Positions 29,935 through 38,565 of a DNA stretch of 64,000 nucleotides are shown here, piece by piece. The position numbers were made by a program, and so were the translations under genes. Numbering within the stretch: the first letter of the stretch is position 1; every line of letters begins with the position of its first letter. Below the pieces are notes generated by a model that was not told the DNA's origin, ran no database searches, and saw nothing but the letters and a program-made list of their open reading frames with translations. Origin of the DNA: Rhodospirillales bacterium (lineage in GTDB: Bacteria > Pseudomonadota > Alphaproteobacteria > Acetobacterales > Acetobacteraceae); NCBI GenBank assembly GCA_028869595.1, contig JAGWRU010000053.1, positions 3,674 through 67,673 of the forward strand, written 5' to 3'.

Positions 29935-31832
29935 GCCGGCGCCTCGCCCAACCCGGCGAGCAGCGGGCCGAGATGGTCGCGATACTGCCGCCAGCGCCCG
30001 ACCGAGGTCGCGTAGAGCGGTTGGCGCACCTGCCACAGGCTGGATGTCACCACGGCGCGCTCCGTCTGGTGAAAATTCAGACAGGAAGCTTCCCATTCCA
30101 GCCCCAGGAAGGCGATCAGCCGCCGGCTTTCGCCTTCCAGATCGGCAACCAGGGATTCGTAGCGCATCTCCATCATGCGCAGCGGCAGCACGCGCTGCCA
30201 ATGCGTCATCAGCCGAACGGTCTCCCGCGCGCGCAGCGCCAGTTCCGCCTGATCGGTGGTCCAGACCAGCGGATCGGCGAAATGCTGGAAATAGCAGGAC
30301 AGGCAGACATCGCGCAGATCGCGCCGGCACAGGATCACCCGCGCGCCGGGAAACAGCGCGGCAATCTGGCCCAGCACGCGGGCATTATCCGGCAGCTTGT
30401 CGATCACCCGCGCCGCACCGGGGCCGAGATCGCGCAAATGCGCGATATGCGCGGCGGCTTCCCGCAGTACCGCATCGCGATCCCAGCCATCTGGGCCGGG
30501 CGCCGTCGCCGCGCCATCCAGATCGCGCAGAATGCGGTCAATGTCCTTGCGTTCCCCGGCGCCGAAAACCTGGCTGTGGCTGGCGGCGATCTGTTCCACC
30601 AGCGAAGTACCCGAACGCGGCATGCCGACCACGAATACCGGCAGGTCGGAAGGATCGCCCAGCGCTGCGTGCCGGGCACAGCGCGCGGGCGTGAAATATT
30701 CGATGGCCCAGTCGACATAGCGGCACAGCCCGGCGGCATCGAAGCTTTCCCCCGCCTGAGTCCAGCCGGCGCGGACCAGCCGGTTGGCGGCCTCGAACGC
30801 GGCGAAGGCGCGGTCGTACTCGCCTGCCGCATCCAGCGTCCGCCCGATCGTCATGCTGGCGGAGATGCGCTGCGCCATCGGCGCGGACGCATCGGCGGCA
30901 ATGGCGTGAAGGCGCGCGATTTCCGTCGCATCCGCAGCCGACCGGCCAATCACCGCCAATTGATTCCGCGCCGCGACCATCTGCGGATCGCGGCTCAGGA
31001 CTTCATGGCAGCACGCCTCCGCCTCGGCAAAGCGGCCTAGCGCTGCGAAATTACTGCTTTGCATCAGCCACAGATCGACGCGCTCCGGCGCCAATGCCAA
31101 AGCGCGCCGGCATGCGGCGATCGCGGCTTCGGGCTGCTGGCGCTTGTTCAGCGTCATCGCCAGCGCGGCATGGGTGATCGCCTGATCCGGCGCGGCGGCG
31201 ACGGATTTTTCATGCCATGCCTGCGCCTCGTCGAAACGTTCGAGCATGGCCAGCGCGACACCGCGCTGGATCATCATCTCTACCCGCTCGGGCTCCTGCG
31301 CCTCGGCCATGGTCAGGATTTCGAGGGCACCGGCCGCATCCTCGGTCCGGATCAGCGCGCCGGCGAGCAGCGTGAGAATGCGCGCGGGCTGCGGCGCCAG
31401 AGCGAGCGCCTGACGCAGCGCGATCGCCCCGCCCGCATCATTGCCCCGGGCGATCAGCGCCTGGCCGAGATTGAGATGCGCCTCCGCCAGAGCGGGGTCC
31501 AGCGCGAGGGCGCGGCCGGCCTGCTCCACCGCGCCCGCATGATCGCCCGCCAGATACAGCCCGCGCGCGAGATTGCTCAGCGCTTCGGGAAAATCCGGCG
31601 CGACCGCGATGGCACGCCGCAGCAGGGCCAGCGATTCTTCCAGCGCGCCGCGTTCCTGCATCAGCGCGCCGAACAGGTTCAGCGCATCCGGCTCCTCCTT
31701 GTTCAGGCGCAGGATTGTGCGATAGCCGGTTTCGGCCAGATCGTGCCGGCCGGCGGCGTGATCGGCCAGCGCCATATCCAGCATGCGCGCCAGATCGACG
31801 CTGGCCGGATCGGCGGCGCGCGGCCCGTTCAT
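29931..31832 (-). CDS. TPR-repeat / sulfotransferase-domain protein (paralog of 18026..19954)
   Basis: 633 aa from MNGPRAADPA. N-terminal TPR repeats, then C-terminal VVGMPRSGTSLVEQIA and RRDLRDVCLSCY. Its start overlaps the stop of the upstream ligase (ATGA at 31829-31832). Confidence 0.8.
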   Translation of the reverse strand: MNGPRAADPASVDLARMLDMALADHAAGRHDLAETGYRTILRLNKEEPDALNLFGALMQERGALEESLALLRRAIAVAPDFPEALSNLARGLYLAGDHAGAVEQAGRALALDPALAEAHLNLGQALIARGNDAGGAIALRQALALAPQPARILTLLAGALIRTEDAAGALEILTMAEAQEPERVEMMIQRGVALAMLERFDEAQAWHEKSVAAAPDQAITHAALAMTLNKRQQPEAAIAACRRALALAPERVDLWLMQSSNFAALGRFAEAEACCHEVLSRDPQMVAARNQLAVIGRSAADATEIARLHAIAADASAPMAQRISASMTIGRTLDAAGEYDRAFAAFEAANRLVRAGWTQAGESFDAAGLCRYVDWAIEYFTPARCARHAALGDPSDLPVFVVGMPRSGTSLVEQIAASHSQVFGAGERKDIDRILRDLDGAATAPGPDGWDRDAVLREAAAHIAHLRDLGPGAARVIDKLPDNARVLGQIAALFPGARVILCRRDLRDVCLSCYFQHFADPLVWTTDQAELALRARETVRLMTHWQRVLPLRMMEMRYESLVADLEGESRRLIAFLGLEWEASCLNFHQTERAVVTSSLWQVRQPLYATSVGRWRQYRDHLGPLLAGLGEAPA

Positions 31833-33274
31833 GCCGGCGGGGCGGTGCCGCGTTGCTGCGCGGCGACGAAGCGGACCAGTTCCTGGCGCATGATTTTGCC
31901 GTTCGCGTTGCGCGGCAAGGCATCGACGCGCAACACGAATTTCGGCGGATGCGCGGCCAGCGGTCCCTGGCACACCGCATCCAGCGCCGCTTTCGGCACG
32001 GGGCCGGTCGTGACGATGGCGGCCCAGATCTGCACCACCCCCATCGCATCCGGCGCGCCGAACGCGGCGGCGTCGGTGATTTCGGGCAGGCTCTGCAACG
32101 CCTCCTCGATCACCTGGGGCAGCACCTTGACGCCGCCTGCGTTGATGACATCGCTGACGCGACCGCTGATCGTAACCACCCCGTCCGCCGTCACCGCGCC
32201 CAGGTCGCCGGGATAGAACCAGCCGTCGCGGAAGATCGCGGCATGCGCGGGATCGGCGCCGAGATAGCCGGCGGCGACGTTCTGACCCCGTATGCGCAGC
32301 GCGCCGGATGTGCCCGGGGGAAGCGGCTTGTCATCCTCTCCGACGGCCTGCACCTCCACCCCGGCATGCACCACGCCGACCGCGCCTTGCATGCCTGCCA
32401 GCAGATCGAACGGTGCGGACGCGATGCCGCCGGTTTCGGTCGCGCCGAGATAGGACACGATATGCGCACACAGGCGCTGGCGGGTCGGCGCGAGCAGATG
32501 GGTCGGCATGGCACTGCCGCCCATCACGATCGTGCGCAGCGAAGGCGGTGGCGTGCTGGCTTCGGGCAGCGTGGTGAGCAGTGCGGCGAGCGAAGCGGGG
32601 GCGATCAGCAGCGTATCGACGTGATGGCGCCGGATGCTCTCCATCGCGCGGGCGGGGCTGGTCATGACCAGGGTATGCCCGGCCCACAGGGTCTGCAGCA
32701 CCGCGCAGAATCCCATGGTGATGCCGTAATTCACCGCGCAGATATGCACCCGCCCCGGCGGACCCATCGACAGCGTGTTGCTGAGGATGCGCCGGGCGAT
32801 CAAGGCATGGCTGATCGCCGTGAATTTCGCCGTTCCGGTGGTGCCGGAGGAGGAGAAGATGCGGCAGAGCGCATCGCCGCCCGGATGCAGCGGGCGGACC
32901 GGCAGATGCATCCGGGGCGACACCTGCGTCCAGCCGGCGTCGAAGGCGATGCTGCGCAGATCGGTCCGCGCCGGGGTGCCTGCCTGATGCAGGGAGAGCT
33001 GCATCCGATCCGCCGCGAGGCCCGGATCGGCGCTGGCGATGCCGGCGCGTGCCAGGGCGAGCGCCAGGATCAGCGCGGGAAATTCATCCGGTCCGGTGAT
33101 CGCCAGCCCGGCGACCTGCCCGGCGACAAGGCCGGTGCCATCCAGGCGTGACGCCGCTGCATCGATCATGCGGTCGAGGTCGCGAAACGTCACCGCCGTA
33201 TCGTCGGCGCGCAGAATGGCGATAGCATCCGGCGCCACGCGGGCAAGGCGGCGGAGGGGTTCGGTGATGTTCAT
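31829..33274 (-). CDS. AMP-dependent synthetase/ligase (ANL adenylate-forming superfamily)
   Basis: 481 aa. A3-type SSSGTTGTAKF, FRDGWFYPGDLG, ISGRVSDVINAGGVKV, and A10-type PRNANGKIMRQEL. Confidence 0.85.
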   Translation of the reverse strand: MNITEPLRRLARVAPDAIAILRADDTAVTFRDLDRMIDAAASRLDGTGLVAGQVAGLAITGPDEFPALILALALARAGIASADPGLAADRMQLSLHQAGTPARTDLRSIAFDAGWTQVSPRMHLPVRPLHPGGDALCRIFSSSGTTGTAKFTAISHALIARRILSNTLSMGPPGRVHICAVNYGITMGFCAVLQTLWAGHTLVMTSPARAMESIRRHHVDTLLIAPASLAALLTTLPEASTPPPSLRTIVMGGSAMPTHLLAPTRQRLCAHIVSYLGATETGGIASAPFDLLAGMQGAVGVVHAGVEVQAVGEDDKPLPPGTSGALRIRGQNVAAGYLGADPAHAAIFRDGWFYPGDLGAVTADGVVTISGRVSDVINAGGVKVLPQVIEEALQSLPEITDAAAFGAPDAMGVVQIWAAIVTTGPVPKAALDAVCQGPLAAHPPKFVLRVDALPRNANGKIMRQELVRFVAAQQRGTAPPA

Positions 33275-33353
33275 GGCCGCGTCGCGTCAGGACAGGGGGG
33301 GAACGCCGCGCGGGAAGGGCCAGCCGCCGTTCCGCCGCGCAGGGATCCCGATT

Positions 33354-34145
33354 TTACGCGCCGCCCAGCGATGCGGCGGGACGCTGCTTGCGCCGGCGCA
33401 GCACCAGCCCGGTGCCGGCAAGGCCGGTCAGCAGCAGCGCGGCGCTGGCGGGTTCGGGGACTGAGGCCGGGACCGTCAGCACGCCGCTGATCGCATAGAT
33501 CGGATTGGCGAAGGAGGCGCCGAAATTGCTGCCGCTGAAGATGCTCGGGTGCTGGCCGGTGCCATTGGTCGCGGAGGGGAGGCCAACGGAGGGGCCGCTA
33601 TCGCCCATCGCATTGCCCGTGGCGATCTCGCCGCTCGAAGTCGATCCCGTCCAGACGTAATAGGGGTTGCTGGTCGCGCCGCTCTGCGTCTCGTAGATGG
33701 CGGTCTTCAGCAGGCCGCTGAACAGCGCGGCCTGGTTGGTGGCGATCAGGGTGGTGGCATCCACCAGATAGATCGGCGCGTTCAGGCAGGCGCTGGTGGT
33801 GCAGACCGCGTCGATATTGGTGATCGCGCTGGTCGCCTCGGTGCTGGTGATCGCGCTCCAGGTCGTGGAGGGCAGGCTGGAATTCAGAGCCGCTTCCGAA
33901 TTCGCGAAATTATTATAGGTCGCCTCGTTGGAGGAGGTGGCCTGGATCGTATCGGCGGTGACGAAGATCAGCCGGTAGTTGGAGCCCGCCGCCAGATTGG
34001 GCGCGATGTAGCTGGCATGGGCGACGACCGGCAGGCCGAGCAGGCAGACCATGGCCACCGACATGCCCAGCAAAGGGGGCGTGCGCGAAGCGGCGGACGG
34101 GCCGATCGGTGACAGGGACGAACTGGCGCGGAATTCATCGGACAT
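33354..34145 (-). CDS. PEP-CTERM sorting-domain secreted protein
   Basis: C-terminus VPEPASAALLLTGLAGTGLVLRRRKQR gives the PEP motif, a TM helix and a basic cluster. Hydrophobic signal segment MSVAMVCLLGLPVVAHA. The mature part is rich in Ser/Thr/Asn/Ala. ATG 34145 has the SD AGGTGA; the track start 34166 is a GTG. Confidence 0.8.
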   Translation of the reverse strand: MSDEFRASSSLSPIGPSAASRTPPLLGMSVAMVCLLGLPVVAHASYIAPNLAAGSNYRLIFVTADTIQATSSNEATYNNFANSEAALNSSLPSTTWSAITSTEATSAITNIDAVCTTSACLNAPIYLVDATTLIATNQAALFSGLLKTAIYETQSGATSNPYYVWTGSTSSGEIATGNAMGDSGPSVGLPSATNGTGQHPSIFSGSNFGASFANPIYAISGVLTVPASVPEPASAALLLTGLAGTGLVLRRRKQRPAASLGGA

Positions 34146-34263
34146 GCTGTTCACCTGACCCGCCACGGGTCATCCCTGTTCGGCCAGTGAGAGTGCAACC
34201 GGACCGTAACAACCAAAACGTATTACAATTGCGACATTAGCAGTCAGTTTTATGATTTGTAAA

Positions 34264-34315
34264 CCAATCCCGCATCGCGGTGTCCCAATCCAATCCCGCA
34301 TCGCGGTGTCCCAAT
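34264..34315. repeat. perfect 26-bp tandem direct repeat (2 copies)
   Basis: CCAATCCCGCATCGCGGTGTCCCAAT occurs at 34264-34289 and again at 34290-34315 (26/26 identical). It sits between the Rieske gene stop (34322) and an AT-rich stretch upstream of the PEP-CTERM gene. Confidence 0.95.
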
Positions 34316-34321
34316 ACCGTT

Positions 34322-34735
34322 CTACACATCCACCACCACGTAATCTTCCTCGACCGATACCCGCACCGTCTCGGCCACATACGGGCCTTCCACCAGGCTG
34401 GTCCCCGGCGCCACTTCGACCGGATAGGATTTGGCGCGCACCCGGGACGGATCGCACCAGGACTGGCCGGTGCGGATATCGAATTCCCAGCCATGCCATG
34501 GGCAGCGCACGATCTCCCCCTGGCGGGTGAAGCGGTATTCGCCGGGATTGTCGGATTCCACCAGCCCGGTCAGCACCCCGGCGCAGAGACTGCCACCCTG
34601 ATGCGGGCAGCGATCGAGCAGCCCGTACAGCGTGCCGGCGAGGTTGAAGACCGCGATCGGCCGGCCGCGCACCATTACCCGCTTTCGGCTGCCCGGCGGC
34701 AATTCGCGCAGCGTGGCGACGACATGCTTGCTCAT
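34322..34735 (-). CDS. Rieske (2Fe-2S) domain protein
   Basis: 137 aa from MSKHVVATL. The cluster ligands are CPHQGGSL and CPWHGWEFD. Confidence 0.85.
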   Translation of the reverse strand: MSKHVVATLRELPPGSRKRVMVRGRPIAVFNLAGTLYGLLDRCPHQGGSLCAGVLTGLVESDNPGEYRFTRQGEIVRCPWHGWEFDIRTGQSWCDPSRVRAKSYPVEVAPGTSLVEGPYVAETVRVSVEEDYVVVDV

Positions 34736-34790
34736 GCGGCGTTTCCCTGGATGGCGGTGCGAGCCTAGCCCGACGGGCGGGGGTGGCCAA

Positions 34791-35558
34791 TCAGGCGCGT
34801 GCCATCGCCGCGCCGATCGTCTCGGCGGCCTCGCGCAGCGGGGCCAGCAGACGGGCACGCATCTCCGTCTCCTGCACTCGCGCGGCCGGCACGCCGCTCG
34901 CGATGCCGATCCGCGTGCCGCCGGTCATGCCCGGCACCGGCACCGCGATGGAGCGCAGGCCGAGCAGAAACTCCTGATTGCTGACGGCGAAGCCCTGGCC
35001 GCGCACCATGGCCAGGCGGGCACGCAACGCCTCCCCCGTGGTCAGGGTGTGCGGGGTGTAGGGGTCGAGTGGTGCAGCGGCCAGGAAGCGGCGCAGTTCC
35101 GGCGCCGGCAGGCCACTCAGCAGGACATGCCCGACCGCTGTGGCATGCGCGGCCCGGCGCATCCCCGCGCCGACCGGCACGCCGGGCGGACGGACGGGCG
35201 CGGGCACGCGATCCAGATAGATCACGTCCTGGCCGACCAGCATGGCCGCCGAAGCCGCTTCGCCGGTACGCCGTACATAGGTTTGCAGCACCAGCCGCAC
35301 GATTTCGATCTCCGTCATGCCGGCAAGAAAATTCTGGCCGATCTCCAGCACTGCGGCGGTCAGTTCGAAATGCTTGCCATCGCTGCGGGCCAGCCCGGTG
35401 TCGCACAGCGTCAGCAATAGCCGCCGCGCGGCGGCGCGCGACAGGCCGGTGCGGGTCGCCGCCTCACTGATCGTCTGGCGACGATGCGCGCCGCTGAAAC
35501 TGCGCAGCATGGCGATGCCGTTGCGAAAGGCGGCGACGGTTTCCCGGCTTTCCGGCAT
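34791..35558 (-). CDS. IclR family transcriptional regulator
   Basis: 255 aa from MPESRETVAAFRNGIAMLRSF. HTH ISEAATRTGLSRAAARRLLLTL, with a C-terminal IclR effector-domain pattern. The rest of track ORF 34791..36866 is antisense to the ABC binding-protein gene. Confidence 0.85.
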   Translation of the reverse strand: MPESRETVAAFRNGIAMLRSFSGAHRRQTISEAATRTGLSRAAARRLLLTLCDTGLARSDGKHFELTAAVLEIGQNFLAGMTEIEIVRLVLQTYVRRTGEAASAAMLVGQDVIYLDRVPAPVRPPGVPVGAGMRRAAHATAVGHVLLSGLPAPELRRFLAAAPLDPYTPHTLTTGEALRARLAMVRGQGFAVSNQEFLLGLRSIAVPVPGMTGGTRIGIASGVPAARVQETEMRARLLAPLREAAETIGAAMARA

Positions 35559-35699
35559 GTTTCCCCTGCGTTCGCTGTGCGAACAAATCTTCCTTGTGCG
35601 AACGCATGATTGACCGTTCCTCCGCCACGCTGCAAGGATCGCGCCGACAACAAGCCGGGAATATCCGGCGGCCCTGTTCTGATTCGGGAGGAAACAGGA

Positions 35700-36803
35700 A
35701 TGACCCGCTCTTCGACGATGCGTGCGGCCGTGGTGTTGGCCGGGCTGGCCTCGGCCGCGACGCCGGCCTTGGCCAAGGACATCCAGCTTGGCGCGATCCT
35801 GCCGCTGACCGGCCCCGGTGCCGTGGTCGGCACGCAGGAGGAACGCGGCATTCAGTTCGCAACCGATCAGATCAACGCCAAGGGCGGCATCGACGGCCAC
35901 AAGATCGTCGTGCAGTTCGAGGATAATCAGGCCAAGCCCGATCAGGCGGTGCTGAGCTTCAACAAGCTGGTCGATCTGCAGGGCGTGCCGGCGATCTTCA
36001 CCGGCTATTCCGGCCCGACGCTTGCCATCGCCCCGCTGGCGACGCGCAAGAAAGTGCTGCTGATCAATGCCGGCGCGCAATCGGACAAGCTGGCGACCGC
36101 TTCGCCCTATCTCGTGAACACCCTGCCCACCACGCAGGACGAGGTGGCGATCATGAGCAAATATCTGATCGCCCACGGCAAGAAAAAAGCCGCCGTGCTG
36201 TATGAAAACGACGCCGCCGGGATCGGCGGGCGAGACGATTTCGTGCGCTTGTTCAAGAAGGATGGCGGTACCATCCTGGCCCAGGAACCGGCCCAGTTCG
36301 GCCAGACCGATTATCGCCCGGCGCTGCTGAAACTCTCCGCCGCCAAGCCCGACGTGCTGTTCGTGGTGATCACCGCCGGCATGGTGCCGCTGGCCGATCA
36401 GCTCGCGCAGATGAAAGTGCCCTATCTGGTGGCCGGCACCTCCTTCATGGCCGATCCGGCGGCGATCGCCGATCCCAATTCCACCGGGCTGATCCATACC
36501 CAGGTGCATATCGACGCCCCCGCTGATCTGGCCAGCGCCTTCCATGCCAAGTTCAATGCGGACATGGATTTCTTCGCCCGCCAGTACTACAACGCCGCGC
36601 AGATCACTTTCACCGTCATCAAGAAGGTGCTGGATGAGAAGAAGCCGGTCACCGGCAGCAATCTGCGCACCGCGCTGTTTCAGATCCGCCACTTCCAGGG
36701 TCTGATCCCGATGGATTTCGCGACCAATACCGCCGTGGTGCCGGTCGATATCAACCGGATGGAGCATGGCAAGGACGTGACCATCAGCGCCAACGGCAAG
36801 TAA
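35700..36803 (+). CDS. ABC transporter substrate-binding protein, branched-chain amino acid (LivK/HAAT) type
   Basis: 367 aa from MTRSSTMRAAVVLAGLASAATPALA (signal peptide). IQLGAILPLTGPGAVVG, and SD GGGAGG upstream. Confidence 0.88.
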   Translation: MTRSSTMRAAVVLAGLASAATPALAKDIQLGAILPLTGPGAVVGTQEERGIQFATDQINAKGGIDGHKIVVQFEDNQAKPDQAVLSFNKLVDLQGVPAIFTGYSGPTLAIAPLATRKKVLLINAGAQSDKLATASPYLVNTLPTTQDEVAIMSKYLIAHGKKKAAVLYENDAAGIGGRDDFVRLFKKDGGTILAQEPAQFGQTDYRPALLKLSAAKPDVLFVVITAGMVPLADQLAQMKVPYLVAGTSFMADPAAIADPNSTGLIHTQVHIDAPADLASAFHAKFNADMDFFARQYYNAAQITFTVIKKVLDEKKPVTGSNLRTALFQIRHFQGLIPMDFATNTAVVPVDINRMEHGKDVTISANGK

Positions 36804-36828
36804 GCACGACCCTTCGGAACGCACGGCC

Positions 36829-37692
36829 ATGGTGGCGCTGCAGCTTTTCGTGAATGGCATCGTCACCGGCTGTGCGCTGGGGGTGGTGGCGATCAGTTTT
36901 TCGCTGATCTATTCCACCCTGCGTATCTTCCATGTCGCGCATGCCGGCATCTACACGATGGGCGGCTATGTCGCCTACTCGCTGGTGATGCATGGGGTGC
37001 CCGATATTCTGGCGCTGCTGCTGGCCATGGTGGCGGCGGCGATGGCCGGGGCGGCGATCCAGGTGCTGCTCTATCAGCGTCTGGCGGCGCGCAAGGGCAC
37101 GCATCTGGTGGTGCTGATCGCCTCGCTCGGGCTGCTGGCGGTGATCCAGAATCTGCTGGCCGCCATCTACAGCGCCAATATCCTGCAATTTCCCGGCGCG
37201 TGGAGCGGCGAGATCGTCAATCTCGGCGATGGTATCCGCCTGACCAAGGTGCAGTTTCTGACCGTGATCGTCTGCATTCTGGCCTATATCGGCATGATGC
37301 TGTTCGCCCATCGCACGCTGCTGGGCAAACGCATCCGCGCCGTTGCGTCTAACCCGTTTCTGGCGGAGATCACCCGGCTGCGTCCGCAGGCGGTCTATGT
37401 CTATGTCATCGCCATTGCCTCTGCCGTGGTCTGTCTGCCCGGCGTGCTGGTGCCGTACGATCTCGGCCTGCAACCCTATGGCGGCGTCACGCCGCTGCTG
37501 ACCGCGACGATCGCGATGATCGCCGGCGGCGTCGGCAGCATCACCGGCGCCTTCCTGCTGTCGGTGGCGATTTCGGTGGTGCAGAACCTGTCGCTGCTGG
37601 TGATGCCCGGCGAATGGAGCATCGGCGTGACCTTCTTCGTCTTCGTCATCTTCATGCTGTTCCGGCCCACCGGCCTGTTCGCCGCGCGCTGA
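36829..37692 (+). CDS. branched-chain amino acid ABC transporter permease (LivH type)
   Basis: 287 aa, multi-TM. N-terminus MVALQLFVNGIVTGCALGVVAISFSLIY is typical of LivH-family permeases. Confidence 0.88.
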   Translation: MVALQLFVNGIVTGCALGVVAISFSLIYSTLRIFHVAHAGIYTMGGYVAYSLVMHGVPDILALLLAMVAAAMAGAAIQVLLYQRLAARKGTHLVVLIASLGLLAVIQNLLAAIYSANILQFPGAWSGEIVNLGDGIRLTKVQFLTVIVCILAYIGMMLFAHRTLLGKRIRAVASNPFLAEITRLRPQAVYVYVIAIASAVVCLPGVLVPYDLGLQPYGGVTPLLTATIAMIAGGVGSITGAFLLSVAISVVQNLSLLVMPGEWSIGVTFFVFVIFMLFRPTGLFAAR

Positions 37693-37701
37693 GGGGGAAC
37701 G

Positions 37702-38565
37702 ATGGATTTCCTTCTCAGCTATCTGGTGCTTGCCGAGATTTATGTGCTGCTCGGCCTGTCGACCAATCTGCTGGTCGGCATCGTCGGCATCTTCTCTGTC
37801 TCCCAGGCGGCGGTGTTCGGGGTCGGGGCCTATATCGTCGCCTTCTTCCTGATGAACACCTCGGTCAGCTTTCTGCCGGCGCTGGCGGTGGCAGCGATCT
37901 GCTGCGTGGTGTTGAACATTGTCGTGACGCTGCCCTCGCTGCGGGTGTCGGGCGATTATTTCGTGGTGACTTCGTTCGGTATTCAGTTGCTGGCGACGGC
38001 GGTATTCACCAACTGGACCGGCGGCACCGGGGGCGCGAACGGGCTGCCCGGCATTCCCCCGCCCGATGTGTTCGGCATCCAGCTTGCCAGCAACGCCCAG
38101 CTTGCCCTGCTGACCAGCATCATGGCCGGGCTCGGCTGCATCGCCTTCTGGCTGCTGATGCGTGCCCCGTTCGGCCGTCTGCTGCGGGCGATCCGCGAGG
38201 ATGAGCTTGCGGTGGCCGCCGCCGGCAAGAACGTGCTGCGCGCCAAGGTTTCCGCCGCAGCACTGGCCGGCGCCTTCGCGGGTGTGTCCGGCGGGCTGTA
38301 TGCGACGTTTCTCAGTTTCATCGACCCGTCTTCCTTCGATCTCGATGCCTCCATCCTGCTGCTGACCATGGTGGTGGTGGGCGGGGCGCGGACCCTGGCG
38401 GGATCGATCCTCGGGCCGTTCGTGTTGCTGGCCCTGCCGCAATTGCTCTCGCTGGTCGAAATTCCCACCACCATCGCCGCTGCGGCGCGCCAGCTTGTCT
38501 ACGGGTTGTTGCTGATCGTCTTCATGCTGTTCCGCCCGCAAGGCCTGCTGGGGGAAAAACTATGA
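37702..38565 (+). CDS. branched-chain amino acid ABC transporter permease (LivM type)
   Basis: 287 aa, multi-TM. GIVGIFSVSQAAVFGVGAY, and the position in the operon. Confidence 0.88.
   Translation: MDFLLSYLVLAEIYVLLGLSTNLLVGIVGIFSVSQAAVFGVGAYIVAFFLMNTSVSFLPALAVAAICCVVLNIVVTLPSLRVSGDYFVVTSFGIQLLATAVFTNWTGGTGGANGLPGIPPPDVFGIQLASNAQLALLTSIMAGLGCIAFWLLMRAPFGRLLRAIREDELAVAAAGKNVLRAKVSAAALAGAFAGVSGGLYATFLSFIDPSSFDLDASILLLTMVVVGGARTLAGSILGPFVLLALPQLLSLVEIPTTIAAAARQLVYGLLLIVFMLFRPQGLLGEKL

Noticed and set aside
35559-36866. The N-terminal 436 codons of the 691-aa minus-strand ORF 34791..36866.
   Set aside because: Only the last 255 codons form an IclR regulator, with its own ATG at 35558. The remainder is antisense to the signal-peptide-bearing ABC substrate-binding protein gene.
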